A stretch of DNA of 34,225 nucleotides from Candidatus Bathyarchaeia archaeon (GCA_050010755.1 JBEKKK010000007.1:1-34225); one strand, 5' to 3'. Positions 1-9,426 are shown, counted from the first letter of the stretch. Notes: a model not told the origin generated them from the sequence alone. A program made the numbers and translations.

Positions 1-380
1 ACCGACGAGAGACTAGGAACTTTGACCCAAGCAACCAACCTGCCCGTGGCACTATTGAAAAATTCAATCTCATGATTCAGCTTGTTGCCAGAACCATCAG
101 CAAAGGCAATATCATTGCCGTTTGATTGTGCATGAGTTATCAGATTCGAATCGGTGATGCTGATGAGCACAGGGAAGTTTGTGAGATTTGCCGAGACCAT
201 TGCATGATTTATTGTTATGCTCTTGCGATATTGCCAATTTGTGTTCCACCAGGCTCCTCCTCCACGGACATAATTGATATTAAAGGCGACTGTGAGAGAA
301 CAAACTAGCAGCAGCGCGATAATTGCTAAAACAGAGAACTTTTTAGATCTTCCAGATAAATAATTACCATTAGAGGCCAA
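1..380 (-). CDS. DUF2341-domain secreted protein, N-terminal part (runs off the window edge)
   Basis: My translation from TTG at 380: signal-like hydrophobic stretch, then WWNTNWQYRKSITINH...NFPVLISITD...NGNDIAF...KLNHEIE...LVAWVKVP, the typical DUF2341 pattern. No stop before position 1. Confidence 0.8.
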   Translation of the reverse strand, partial: MASNGNYLSGRSKKFSVLAIIALLLVCSLTVAFNINYVRGGGAWWNTNWQYRKSITINHAMVSANLTNFPVLISITDSNLITHAQSNGNDIAFADGSGNKLNHEIEFFNSATGRLVAWVKVPSLSS

Positions 381-591
381 TATTATCCCCTTTCCCCTCT
401 TAATTTGCACGTATACATTTGTGCGACTCTGAAGTATTTAAAACTTCAGGAACAAACTTTCTTAGCAATTAGACGCTTCTTGCTTAGCGATGAGTTAGGG
501 TTGAATCGAAAATTCGCACGCGGATGCCAATTTAACCAGAGTGGACGACATAAACCAGCGCCCGCTTCAACGCAAGCGAGCCATTCCGGCC

Positions 592-1209
592 TCATTGTTT
601 TCTTGACAACAGCACGCGGTATCCGCTTTCCCTTGCGAGCACCTCAAAGTTTCCGAAAGCTTCCTCAAAAATCGTGCGCAATCTCTTGCCTCCAACCTTG
701 GATTTTACCACCATCTGGAAAACACCCCCGCAGGCCATGTGCTGCGGCGCTTCAATTATAATCGCTTTAACGGTCTCCATACCCGCACTCACTGGGGGGT
801 TTGATAGTATGCAATCGAAAATCATGTCTTTCACAGGCGAGTAAAGGCAACCGTTCCTGACCTCCGCATTATTGATCATGTTTTTCTCAACGTTTTGTTT
901 GGCAAGCCAAACTGCACGTCTGTTGACGTCAGTCAAAAACACGTATAAGCGCTGGTTAAGGGCTGCTGCCGCGATTCCAACGGCGCCGTAGCCGCAGCCG
1001 ATGTCCAAGGCGCAGCCCTTCTTTGGCAGTATCATGGATTCTATTAGTAGCCGAGTGCCCAGGTCAACCCGCTGTTTTGAGAACACGCCTGAAGCTGTTA
1101 GAAACTCGAAGGGTCTTCCACGCAGGTAAGTGCGTATCAGACCGTACCTTGGCTTCGATTTTGGATTCGCCGCAAAGTAGTGCTCAATGTTTTCGGCGCT
1201 TTTAGCCAT
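592..1209 (-). CDS. Class I SAM-dependent methyltransferase (RsmC/MJ0882-like)
   Basis: EHYF N-terminus, GVFS..VD.GTRLL, motif I LDIGCGYG, SNPP motif. ATG at 1209 overlaps the cbf5 stop. Confidence 0.9.
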   Translation of the reverse strand: MAKSAENIEHYFAANPKSKPRYGLIRTYLRGRPFEFLTASGVFSKQRVDLGTRLLIESMILPKKGCALDIGCGYGAVGIAAAALNQRLYVFLTDVNRRAVWLAKQNVEKNMINNAEVRNGCLYSPVKDMIFDCILSNPPVSAGMETVKAIIIEAPQHMACGGVFQMVVKSKVGGKRLRTIFEEAFGNFEVLARESGYRVLLSRKQ

Positions 1210-2233
1210 TCCTTTCTCTGCCGCTCCTCCAACGCTTGGGGTAGGTGCCCCTGGGCATGAGCACTCGCATCGTCTTGGCGACCACACCGTGTTCCATGTT
1301 CAGGCATTCATCTGAGTTGGTTAGAGCTTTTGCCAGTGCGACGGCCTCGCCTTTTAGGGACATGACGGCAACCATCGAGTCTCTTTGAATTCCCGTTTCG
1401 AGCGACAGAATTCCCGGAGCAGTGAGGCTTGCGCCGTGACAAACGGCGTCGACGGCGGAGTCTCTTATGCATATTTTCGGAACCAATCCCAGAGCGTGTT
1501 CCATCGGCTGGACGAACCGCTTCAACAGCTTTTCGTCCTTCTTTTCTTGCCACTCCATAAACCAGTACGCCATGTCGTGCAAGATTACGCTATCATCTTC
1601 GACGAAGGGCCCTGCCCTCGTTCTTCGCAGCTCTTGCATGTGAGCTCCGCATCCCAGAACCTCTCCCACGTCGAAACACAGTTTGCGAATATACGTGCCG
1701 CCCTCGCATCCAACCTTGAAAAGGACGTTGCGCCCCTCCATTTCAAGAAAATCCAGATAGTAAATGCGTCTCGTGCGCAACTGTCGCTTGACGGAAGACC
1801 GCAGTGGTGGGCGCTGATAGATCAAGTCTTCAAATTCGCCCAGAACCTTCTTAACACGTTCTGTCGCGACATCTGCGTGGAGCCTCATAACGCCTATGTA
1901 TTCTTTCCCGCTGTAAAGCAGTGCCTGAACGACTCTCGTACCTTCTTCAAGCGTGATTGGTAGAACGCCGGTCACCTTGGGATTTCTCTGGCCTTACCAG
2001 GCCTCTAGAGTCCCGCCGTGACCAACATGCTCAAGCTTGAGAATGCGTTTAACCCAAGCGGCCACCTCATGACTCGTTGGGCCAGAGGTCTTGTCCAAGT
2101 TGATTACACCGTATTTCAGGTAATCCACCGCTGATCTATCCTCAGGTTTGCATCCGAAGCTCGGGTCAGTCTTGTCCTCAGCCTTCACCAACAGCTTGCG
2201 TTCAGTCTGCCACGGAGCAGCAGTCCTCGGCAT
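1202..2233 (-). CDS. cbf5: H/ACA RNA-guided pseudouridine synthase Cbf5 (TruB family), two exons: 2233-2005 and 1983-1202
   Basis: Exon 1 has GVINLDK..GPTSHEV..GHGGTL. Exon 2 has PKVTGVLP, YQRPP, GTYIRKL, LRR and a PUA domain. Removing 21 nt restores catalytic GTLDPKVTG. Confidence 0.95.
1984..2004 (-). other. 21-nt bulge-helix-bulge pre-mRNA intron in cbf5
   Basis: mRNA reads GGGA CUCU AG|A GGCC UGGUAA GGCC AGAG AA|A UCCC: 4-bp central helix CUCU/AGAG, two 3-nt bulges and flanking stems. In-frame UAA in the loop. Confidence 0.93.
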
Positions 2234-2280
2234 GACAACACATCACTTCCCTAGAATAGACAGAATCCAAGTATAAGAGT

Positions 2281-2465
2281 TTAAACACCCAATCCTGCGT
2301 TTATACCCCAGAATCTCTTGGGTCGCCTGAACAGCATTATGCCATCTTTCTCAGTTATGTATTTGAATCCGACAGAAAGAGCTTGTTTCGCCTCTTCCAC
2401 CATAATAGCTGTGGTCACCTCGAACTCATCGTCTTCAAAGTGTATCATGCTAATGTAGCGCGCGC
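2281..2465 (-). pseudogene. C-terminal remnant of an archaeal tyrosine integrase
   Basis: Translates RYISMIHFEDDEFEVTTAIMVEEAKQALSVGFKYITEKDGIMLFRRPKRF*. This resembles, from memory, the catalytic Tyr plus C-terminal tail of Bathyarchaeia-type integrases. No upstream HxxR domain. Confidence 0.55.
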
Positions 2466-2567
2466 CTTTTTTAAACGAGTAACACTTCAGGGTTGCAGTT
2501 GATCCGATACGTTTGGCGCCAGTTTTTAACGCAAACTGAATTAATTTTGGAGTAGAGCCAGCGCGAG

Positions 2568-2732
2568 CAACATGGAAATTTACGCTTACACATTACAAAG
2601 CAACATTACAATAGACGTAAAGAAAAAAAAGGGAGGGGGCACAGCTCGCTCCTTTTTGCCAACATGGCCACATATGCGTTTCCATTATGTGACTCCATTA
2701 CATCTGATGTGTGTGAAAAAAGGGGAGGGGGG
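2568..2732 (+). repeat. Dispersed intergenic repeat, pair 1 (type A 2568-2640; type B 2660-2732)
   Basis: CAACATGG...ATTACA(A/T)nnGAYGT...AAAAA GGG. The type A unit is nearly identical to the reverse complement of 24664-24741. Confidence 0.9.
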
Positions 2733-2842
2733 CGAACACCGCGCAGGTTGCAGTCTTCTGAATCGCTCCGCAACAAGAGCCAAAACCAGAGAAAACCGCT
2801 GCAAAAAACAGCAGATAGAAATTGTGGAACGGACATATGCAA

Positions 2843-5140
2843 TTAGGTTGTCAGTTTGATTTGTCTCTGTCCTCTGACCTCGTCATAAACTGTTCTCACA
2901 GAATAGCCGAATGGGCTGAACATGTTGGCAGCCGAAGCGTAAAGAAGAAGCAGGTACTTCTTGACGTCCGAGTCCGTGTTCTTCTCTATCAACTCCTCCG
3001 CGACGACTCTTCTCTCGTACCGCTTGTTCTCGGCGCTGGTGAAGAGGAACCTCACGTTCTTGCCGCCCGCGATGTCAACTCCTTCTTTCAACAGCTGCTT
3101 GGCCGCTATGACCTGGCTCACCATCTGCCTATAGCTGCCAGGATCCTTGGACAAGTGCTTCGTGATTATCATGTCCCAGACTGGAATCTCTCCGGCAAGC
3201 AGCTTCTGTCTGTAATCTTTCAGAATCTTCAAGGCGTCAGGAATCTTTTCGAGGAACTGCCCCGAGTTTCTGGCCTCCGCCAGCACTTCCAGCATTCTTG
3301 TCTGAGCACTGCTTATGAACGGAGGCGTGTCTCTCCTCCGCACCTCTAAACCTCTAACTTTAATCTTGCCCGTCTCCATAGCCCCATAGTAACGGTTCAA
3401 CACTCCCACGTTCGGATGCAACCTAGAAGGAAGAAAAACAATCCACCTGTAGCGACCCTCGAAGTTCAGCGGAATATTCGTCTCCTCGCTTATCTCTCTG
3501 CACAGCCCTCGGTACTCTTCATTCGTGGCGTCTTTTTTCTTGAGCCAGAGAGAATCAACTATACCATGAATAATCCTGAAACCCCTCTCCTCGGCAATCC
3601 TGGAAGCCTTCAAGAAGGCCTCTCTTCCGAAAGCACAAACGCCTATGTGACCGTCAACAGTGCCAAACCGTGCATTCCTATAACCCAAGTACCCAAAACA
3701 CGTGACCAGAATCCATTTCAAAGCCGTCTGACGATTATCATAAACCTCTCTCAGCCTCTCATCCTTCGCCTCCAACATCAACCTCTTGTACTCGAGCCTT
3801 TTCTTGACAACGGGCTCCAAAGCCTTAGGAACAATGCCCCTCTTCTTCTCGCAGATGTTGTAGCCGAGCTCGGGAATACGGATCTTTGAGTCAGGACAAC
3901 ACTTGCACAACACGGTTTCGGCGGAGATGTTATTGTTAACCATCACCGTCGGATACATGGAAGAAAAGTCGACTTCGCCAACGTCATCGTGAACACCCAC
4001 CTCCGGCTCGTACACGAAGCCTCCCCGATCCCCGACAAGCAGCTCAAGAGCGGACTTGAAGGCTTCAGGAATGCTCTTGTTCCTAGGAATCAGAACGTCA
4101 TTCTTCATCGCTTGATAGAATTGAATAGACGACATGCTCGAACCTATCGACGAACGCGCCGCCGTGTGCAGCGAAACCCTACAAGTCCTCGCAATCTCAA
4201 ACAATCCATCCAACCCGCACTCGGCCAGAATAAAAGTGTTCCTCTCGTCAACATGAACCCTCCCGTACAACCGTCTCATCGGAGCCCTGTAAAAAGTGCG
4301 ACCATAAGAAAAGAAAGTTCTTCCGCGAACATTCCTAACAACAAGAGGCACATCATCCCTGCCCAAAACAAGCCTATCCACAACACCGCTGATAATCGCC
4401 CTGCGAACAAGATAGAAGAAGAGAAACGAATCGCCGCCCCTCGTAACAAGAATGTCAGGATCAAGCTCCTTAACAGTTTGCACGAGTTGAAGCAGCTTGT
4501 CTTTCTCATCGCCCGAATCGATGATCTCTTCCCTGCCTCCCTGGACAACCGTGACTTTGCTTATGGGATCACTCATCTTGGCAATCCTACCCTGTTTAGC
4601 GATTTCCACGCCTATCTTCGAGATTCTCAAAGGCGGAACCGCGTAGTCCAAACTGTCAGCACAATCGAGCAGAGTATACCTCAACTGGGCATCTTCAGAC
4701 TCTATCTCAACCATCGCAAGAGGAAAAACGTCACGATAAAAAAAGTACAGCTGGTCGTACTTCAAATCACAGTTGAAGACGTTATAACGCAAGAATCTTC
4801 CAAACTTCAAAACTCTCCGAGTGAACGACGGCGATCCCCTGCAATCCTTCAAGACCACTTCAAGAACCCGAGACTGTTCAGAGTCGGTTGCCTTCGCATA
4901 TCGCCGAACAAAATCCCACGACACAACCGCCTCATCGCAAGAAAACTGTGCACTAAGCCTCTCCAAACTGTCTTCTTTCCCAGAAATGTAGATTTTAGGC
5001 TCGAAACTGTCTGTTAACCGAAGACGGTTTCCGTTTTCAGTTATGATCCAGACAGCGAACTGTCCAAGCGCAGAAGGATACGCGTCGAGTATCCAACCCC
5101 TGACCCTGTCAGGGTTGTGAAAGCTTCTGCTTGATTGCAA
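2843..5140 (-). CDS. polB2: Family B DNA polymerase, PolB2 (Dpo2-like) clade
   Basis: Motif A DFSSMYP, motif B RQTALKWILVTCFGYLG, altered motif C HGIVDS, KVRGLEVRRRD and degenerate exonuclease motifs. Confidence 0.92.
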   Translation of the reverse strand: MQSSRSFHNPDRVRGWILDAYPSALGQFAVWIITENGNRLRLTDSFEPKIYISGKEDSLERLSAQFSCDEAVVSWDFVRRYAKATDSEQSRVLEVVLKDCRGSPSFTRRVLKFGRFLRYNVFNCDLKYDQLYFFYRDVFPLAMVEIESEDAQLRYTLLDCADSLDYAVPPLRISKIGVEIAKQGRIAKMSDPISKVTVVQGGREEIIDSGDEKDKLLQLVQTVKELDPDILVTRGGDSFLFFYLVRRAIISGVVDRLVLGRDDVPLVVRNVRGRTFFSYGRTFYRAPMRRLYGRVHVDERNTFILAECGLDGLFEIARTCRVSLHTAARSSIGSSMSSIQFYQAMKNDVLIPRNKSIPEAFKSALELLVGDRGGFVYEPEVGVHDDVGEVDFSSMYPTVMVNNNISAETVLCKCCPDSKIRIPELGYNICEKKRGIVPKALEPVVKKRLEYKRLMLEAKDERLREVYDNRQTALKWILVTCFGYLGYRNARFGTVDGHIGVCAFGREAFLKASRIAEERGFRIIHGIVDSLWLKKKDATNEEYRGLCREISEETNIPLNFEGRYRWIVFLPSRLHPNVGVLNRYYGAMETGKIKVRGLEVRRRDTPPFISSAQTRMLEVLAEARNSGQFLEKIPDALKILKDYRQKLLAGEIPVWDMIITKHLSKDPGSYRQMVSQVIAAKQLLKEGVDIAGGKNVRFLFTSAENKRYERRVVAEELIEKNTDSDVKKYLLLLYASAANMFSPFGYSVRTVYDEVRGQRQIKLTT

Positions 5141-5378
5141 CGAGTTCCTTCTCCAGACGCATCAGCCTCTTCTGCTGCTCCAACAGCATGGACATCACCA
5201 TCGGCTCAAACACCTCTGGCCGCGTTGCGCTGCTTCCCGCCGAAGCGTGATTCCTGCACGCGTCGCTCATCTGTTCAAACGCATCTCTATCATCGGTGCG
5301 CAGAGCCTTAACGAAGCCGTTCCAACTCTGAATCTCCGCGTCCAAAGCAAGCCGGTACGATTCAACCGTCTTCCCCAT
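5109..5378 (-). CDS. Small helical PolB2-associated protein (arCOG07300-like)
   Basis: MGKTVESYR...W..F.KALR..DR.AF... sequence, overlapping the polB2 start; the known gene partner of PolB2. Confidence 0.75.
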   Translation of the reverse strand: MGKTVESYRLALDAEIQSWNGFVKALRTDDRDAFEQMSDACRNHASAGSSATRPEVFEPMVMSMLLEQQKRLMRLEKELVAIKQKLSQP

Positions 5379-6118
5379 CACTGACCACCTCTCACGAAAT
5401 CGTTCAAGGTCAGGTTCTCAGACGGAAAATCAACACATCCCAGCTTGAATGACGGATGCTTTCCAAGAGCAAACTGTTTTCCGAAGGGATAGGAAGGTTT
5501 CCTCGTTATCGATATTGTGACGTTCGATCTCGCGCACGCGACGGATTGCAAGAAAGCATTACGTCTGGAATAGTAGTGCGGAAGACAAGCTGCCAAAACG
5601 ATTGTACCTGTCTTTCTAGAAAACTCGGAAATGTAAGCGGCCACTTGGATGAAAACCTCTTTACTTTCTTCGGGAGGAATGTCCTTATCCAAATAAAGTC
5701 CCTGAAAATCCGATATGACTACGAGTTTCGCATCGTATTTTCTGGTTGCCTCTTCCAGACCGTCGAGGATTAATGAAGTTATCTGGTGCATCGTGAACGC
5801 TCTTGATACGAAGATTCGTCGCAGAACGTCTCTAGGCCTAAGATGGTGCAGCCTAGCCAATCGTGACACTTTGTAGAGCCTGAACGTGTTTCCTCCGTCC
5901 ACGAAAACGACGCCTGATTCAAGCCCGCCTAACTGGAACGGCAGTTGGGCCCTGACCGCAAGAAGCAACAACAGAGTCAAGACATGAGGAAGGCCGTAGA
6001 TGACTGCAAAGTCACCTGCAACGAAGCCGGAGAACAGACTGTCTATGTTCCGCATGTTGAACGGCAACAGAGCTGGGGTTAAACCCGACTGAACGATGGT
6101 ACTTTGTGCCAAAACCAT
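5378..6118 (-). CDS. Inactive RadA/RecA-like ATPase-fold protein
   Basis: VVFVDGGNTF, IFVSRAFT.HQ and LVVISD Walker-B-like motifs. Walker A is degenerate (IYGLPHVLTL). Confidence 0.8.
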   Translation of the reverse strand: MVLAQSTIVQSGLTPALLPFNMRNIDSLFSGFVAGDFAVIYGLPHVLTLLLLLAVRAQLPFQLGGLESGVVFVDGGNTFRLYKVSRLARLHHLRPRDVLRRIFVSRAFTMHQITSLILDGLEEATRKYDAKLVVISDFQGLYLDKDIPPEESKEVFIQVAAYISEFSRKTGTIVLAACLPHYYSRRNAFLQSVACARSNVTISITRKPSYPFGKQFALGKHPSFKLGCVDFPSENLTLNDFVRGGQ

Positions 6119-6741
6119 TCACTTCCTCAAATCAACAGAGAGTTAAGACAGCGTTTCTATGAACTTTTAACGGTTAGCTCGAAAAGTAGAACGCCGACGG
6201 TGGAGAGTGGAGTTAAAGTGAAACGCTTGAGGTGCGCAGGCTAGTCAAATAATCTGGGAACGCGTGGTTTAAGATGCTGAGAAGATTACAGAAGAGAAGC
6301 GTTGAATTTGGGCACGGTTTTTGATGCGAGAAAAAAAGTTTTTCCAGAACAAGGCTGGACGGAGACTGCGTTTTGCGAACGAAGCTGCCAGCAGGCTCTG
6401 TTCAAACTCAAAACTCACTCATAACATCATGCAAACTCACTGCACAAGTGCCCATCTGCAGGAAGAATTCAGGACTAACCCGCCTAACGATGCGAAGACG
6501 CAGTAACGGCTTCGCTCCAACCCGCGCTCACAACCGCTAAAACCCCTCCAGACTCATCAACACGCGCACAGGAGCCGAGATGATTGCCGTCAACACCAAC
6601 AGACCACGTCAAACACTCCATGCCAATTCACTAGTTTCAAAACAAGCTCATGCAACACTTTCCCCAATTATTTAATCCACCCGCGCATGCTGAGAAAAAA
6701 CATTTTTACCTCGATTAGGTTACTTAGCGCACGTTGCATTC

Positions 6742-7026
6742 TCAGCCAAAAGAAGGTTTCACGGGTTGAGCCATCGCTTCCAGTTTGCCAGCCGACTTCA
6801 GCGCTTCCGTTACCTCTTCGTCGGAGGCTCCACGTTTGATGCCTATGCTATCTTGCAAGGGTTCGATGTGGTTAACGTTGGACCTGCGTCTCCTCACACC
6901 TGTCACTTCCTTCGGACCGGTGATTAACACGAAACTCTTGTCCGCCAAGTCGACTACAACACATTTCCTTCCTGCTTCACGGCCTGAAAGTTTCACGCAG
7001 ATTCTTCCAACCTCTATCGCGGACAC
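6742..7026 (-). CDS. rpl14e: 50S ribosomal protein L14e
   Basis: [25 protein letters not shown]...GP...TGVRRRR.N..HIEP. GTG start at 7026 with GGAGG upstream. Confidence 0.95.
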   Translation of the reverse strand: MSAIEVGRICVKLSGREAGRKCVVVDLADKSFVLITGPKEVTGVRRRRSNVNHIEPLQDSIGIKRGASDEEVTEALKSAGKLEAMAQPVKPSFG

Positions 7027-7071
7027 TCCGAAACCTCCCTGAAAAGACTGATAGAACAATCGTCTAAGAGA

Positions 7072-7080
7072 TATTTATAA
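7072..7080 (-). promoter_or_regulatory. TATA box of rpl14e (TTATAAATA), also the attL core
   Basis: Lies 46 bp upstream of the rpl14e start; duplicated at 15905-15913. Confidence 0.75.
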
Positions 7081-7180
7081 TATCGGGTCGTTTTTCCGAT
7101 ATTTCAAAATGGCTCATTTAAACCACAACAATCCTATAGGACAAATTAGCTTAAAAGGAATAGTGGAGGACTGTTCTATT

Positions 7181-7915
7181 CTACCACTTATTCACATAAT
7201 CGAAAGAATGTTCTGGAAAATCTTCGCTTTCACATTCTTGGTTCATCTTATGACAGAAATCAGTCATGTCCTTTACGAAGTCGTTGTATTTCTCTCTGAA
7301 CGCCTCAAAACTGGCTTCGATTCCTTTAGCTATCGGCTCTTTCGTAGATATCATTATCTCATGAGCGAAAACTTCGGTAATCCTCAAGTTTCTTTTGTGT
7401 ATTTCCCAGAACGATTCAAATCGCTTCATGATGAGAAAAAGGTCGCGGTAACTCTTGTCTGATTTGTCAATTTCCTTCTCGATATTGAACATAGTTTGGT
7501 CGATTTCTTGTTGATTTGAGTATTGTAATGAGAACAGTTCTAGTTGGCTCTTGATGTCGTTTGTGTAATGGTTTCTCAGACTATCCATAATTTCTCTTAT
7601 GCTGTAAGTGAATCTCCTAAAACTCTCGACCAAATCCTTGAAGTGAGTGGCGTTTTTTCGGGAAACTGAATCTCTCTTTCTTTCAAGTCTTGCACGTCTT
7701 ATTCTTTCACGGATAGTATGAGCAAAAATCATTATCGGTATGGAGAAAAAAAGGGCAATGAGAACAATCAAAGAAAAATAAAACCACCACAACGGAAGAT
7801 TTCCGCTATTACTGAGTAAACTCGTAACAGCTACGAGAATTGGGACCATAACTCCTATGACTACGGCAAACTCTGTTATTCTTGGACTTTTCTTTTCCTC
7901 TTTTTGTTCAAACAA
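7181..7915 (-). CDS. Hypothetical membrane protein (two N-terminal TM helices plus helical domain)
   Basis: 244-aa ORF with two hydrophobic segments; element cargo. Confidence 0.7.
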   Translation of the reverse strand: MFEQKEEKKSPRITEFAVVIGVMVPILVAVTSLLSNSGNLPLWWFYFSLIVLIALFFSIPIMIFAHTIRERIRRARLERKRDSVSRKNATHFKDLVESFRRFTYSIREIMDSLRNHYTNDIKSQLELFSLQYSNQQEIDQTMFNIEKEIDKSDKSYRDLFLIMKRFESFWEIHKRNLRITEVFAHEIMISTKEPIAKGIEASFEAFREKYNDFVKDMTDFCHKMNQECESEDFPEHSFDYVNKW

Positions 7916-8036
7916 TGTCCGTCATCAGCTATTCTCATCGGTTCACCTATAACTTTTCCGCAAAATCAGAAGTCTAGCCATGAAAGGACTGATAGAAGAA
8001 TCCTCTAGGTCTTTTCTTTCTAAATGAAAAATTCTT

Positions 8037-8546
8037 ATGCAAGCTATTACTATTCAAGTGAAGGGCAATCTCTTGGAAATATACGGTAAAGTGGGGTTAG
8101 ACAAAAATACAACTCTCCTTTGGATGTTTAGACATCGTAGTGCTGTCGGTGCTGATTTTGAAGTTAAAGCTGTTTTGCCTTACGCTAAATCAGACAAAAT
8201 AAGAAAACAAATTGGCATAGCCAAAATTTCGATAGATGGTCGGAAAAATGCGGTGTTACATGATATTCTTGTTAACTCTCCCTATCGGCGTAGAGGTGTC
8301 GGAAGCAAAATCTTGAAGTTTGTCGTCGATTACCTTCAAGACGGAGATGCTGAAATAATTAAAGGTGATACAAGAGGTATAGATGACCAACAGATAACGA
8401 TTAAATTCTTTTTGAGAAATGGTTTCACTATGGATGCAGAAAATTCGGAATTTAGTCTTATCCTGAACAAACCGACGTATTCGCAACTTGGCAATTTGTA
8501 TGAAGGAATTGAATACATAAAGGGAAACGAATATCGTACGTTTTGA
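8037..8546 (+). CDS. GNAT family N-acetyltransferase
   Basis: HDILVNSPYRRRGVGSKIL acetyl-CoA motif A; KFFLRNGF motif B. Confidence 0.8.
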   Translation: MQAITIQVKGNLLEIYGKVGLDKNTTLLWMFRHRSAVGADFEVKAVLPYAKSDKIRKQIGIAKISIDGRKNAVLHDILVNSPYRRRGVGSKILKFVVDYLQDGDAEIIKGDTRGIDDQQITIKFFLRNGFTMDAENSEFSLILNKPTYSQLGNLYEGIEYIKGNEYRTF

Positions 8547-8576
8547 CAAGAAAGAAAGAGAACTAGAGGGTCAAAA

Positions 8577-8708
8577 ATGAGTGAAAGGAAGACAACTTTC
8601 AAAAAATCAAGAGAAGGAAGACTTTGTCCAAAATGCAAAGACTATAACATGGATGAAGAAGGGTACTGTTCGTATTGCAGGGAGAAAACAGGAACAAGTG
8701 TAACCTAA
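8577..8708 (+). CDS. Micro zinc-finger protein (43 aa)
   Basis: MSERKTTFKKSREGRLCPKCKDYNMDEEGYCSYCREKTGTSVT*, with GAGGG upstream. Confidence 0.6.
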   Translation: MSERKTTFKKSREGRLCPKCKDYNMDEEGYCSYCREKTGTSVT

Positions 8709-8781
8709 TTTCTTCAAGTATTTTGGAAAAAATTGCCCATTAAAGAAAGAGCGGAATATCAGAAAAAGAGAAGTAACGAGG

Positions 8782-9426
8782 TTATCCATTTTTGTCTTCA
8801 AACTTCAGGGAACAGATTACAGCCCTAATGTCCTTTCTTTGAATAGTGTAGTCGTCTAAGGCTTTGCGAGTAGCCCAGAGAAATTGCGAGCAATTGCTCT
8901 CACCGAAATCGAAAGTCACAGGTCCATTGAAGGTCTGAACGACAAGACTGTTCTTGTATCCAAATGAACCGTAACTCTCAAATCGCGGTCCTTCAATTCC
9001 GACAACTTCACTCCAAAGAGCTTCCCAATATTGCCCGTAAAGTTCATACTTGATAAGTTTTTTGTCGGTTACGACAAAGTATTTATTTGCAAGCAAGCCC
9101 TTGAAGCGAAACGAGAAATAAATGAATTCATCTGGTTCTATTTTGTCGTCAATCTCTGATAGCTCATTCTTCAGACTTTCTTGTTGAAATCTCATTTTCC
9201 TTTGTATCTGTTTCAAATGCTCAACGTCTTTCGTTACGATTTCTCCACATGCTGTGCAAAACCATGAACCGTCAGCCATTTGGCCACCACATTTTGAGCA
9301 TATAATCCGCTTTCTAGACGAACCATCTTCAGTGAGGATAAGGTTAGCCCCACAATATTGGCATTTCATTGTTTCACGAGAAACCATCGCTCCGCAATTT
9401 GAGCATTTTATTGGTATAACTGTCAT
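8782..9426 (-). CDS. Double zinc-ribbon protein with a C-terminal PH-like domain
   Basis: Four CxxC pairs (CSNC, CQYC, CSKC, CTAC); YFVVTDKKLI...WSEV resembles bacterial PH domains. Confidence 0.7.
   Translation of the reverse strand: MTVIPIKCSNCGAMVSRETMKCQYCGANLILTEDGSSRKRIICSKCGGQMADGSWFCTACGEIVTKDVEHLKQIQRKMRFQQESLKNELSEIDDKIEPDEFIYFSFRFKGLLANKYFVVTDKKLIKYELYGQYWEALWSEVVGIEGPRFESYGSFGYKNSLVVQTFNGPVTFDFGESNCSQFLWATRKALDDYTIQRKDIRAVICSLKFEDKNG

Noticed and set aside
1994-2233. cbf5 as a pseudogene or two separate genes
   Set aside because: Fully explained by the BHB intron.
2572-2859. Repeat units as a peptide family (MEIYAYTLQSNIT.DV, MATYAFPLCDSITSDV, MDTHVDPLRGSITSDV)
   Set aside because: One unit (29123-29052) has a 2-nt frame-breaking insertion, downstream frames are unrelated, and there are no SD motifs. 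DNA-level conservation is the better explanation, though not fully excluded.
2822-5017. Long plus-strand ORFs (175, 157 and 342 aa), plus 1385-1963
   Set aside because: Antisense shadows of polB2 and cbf5 with no motifs.
6180-6740. ORF 6321-6506 and the strand-skewed intergenic DNA
   Set aside because: No recognisable motifs, repeats or convincing structure.
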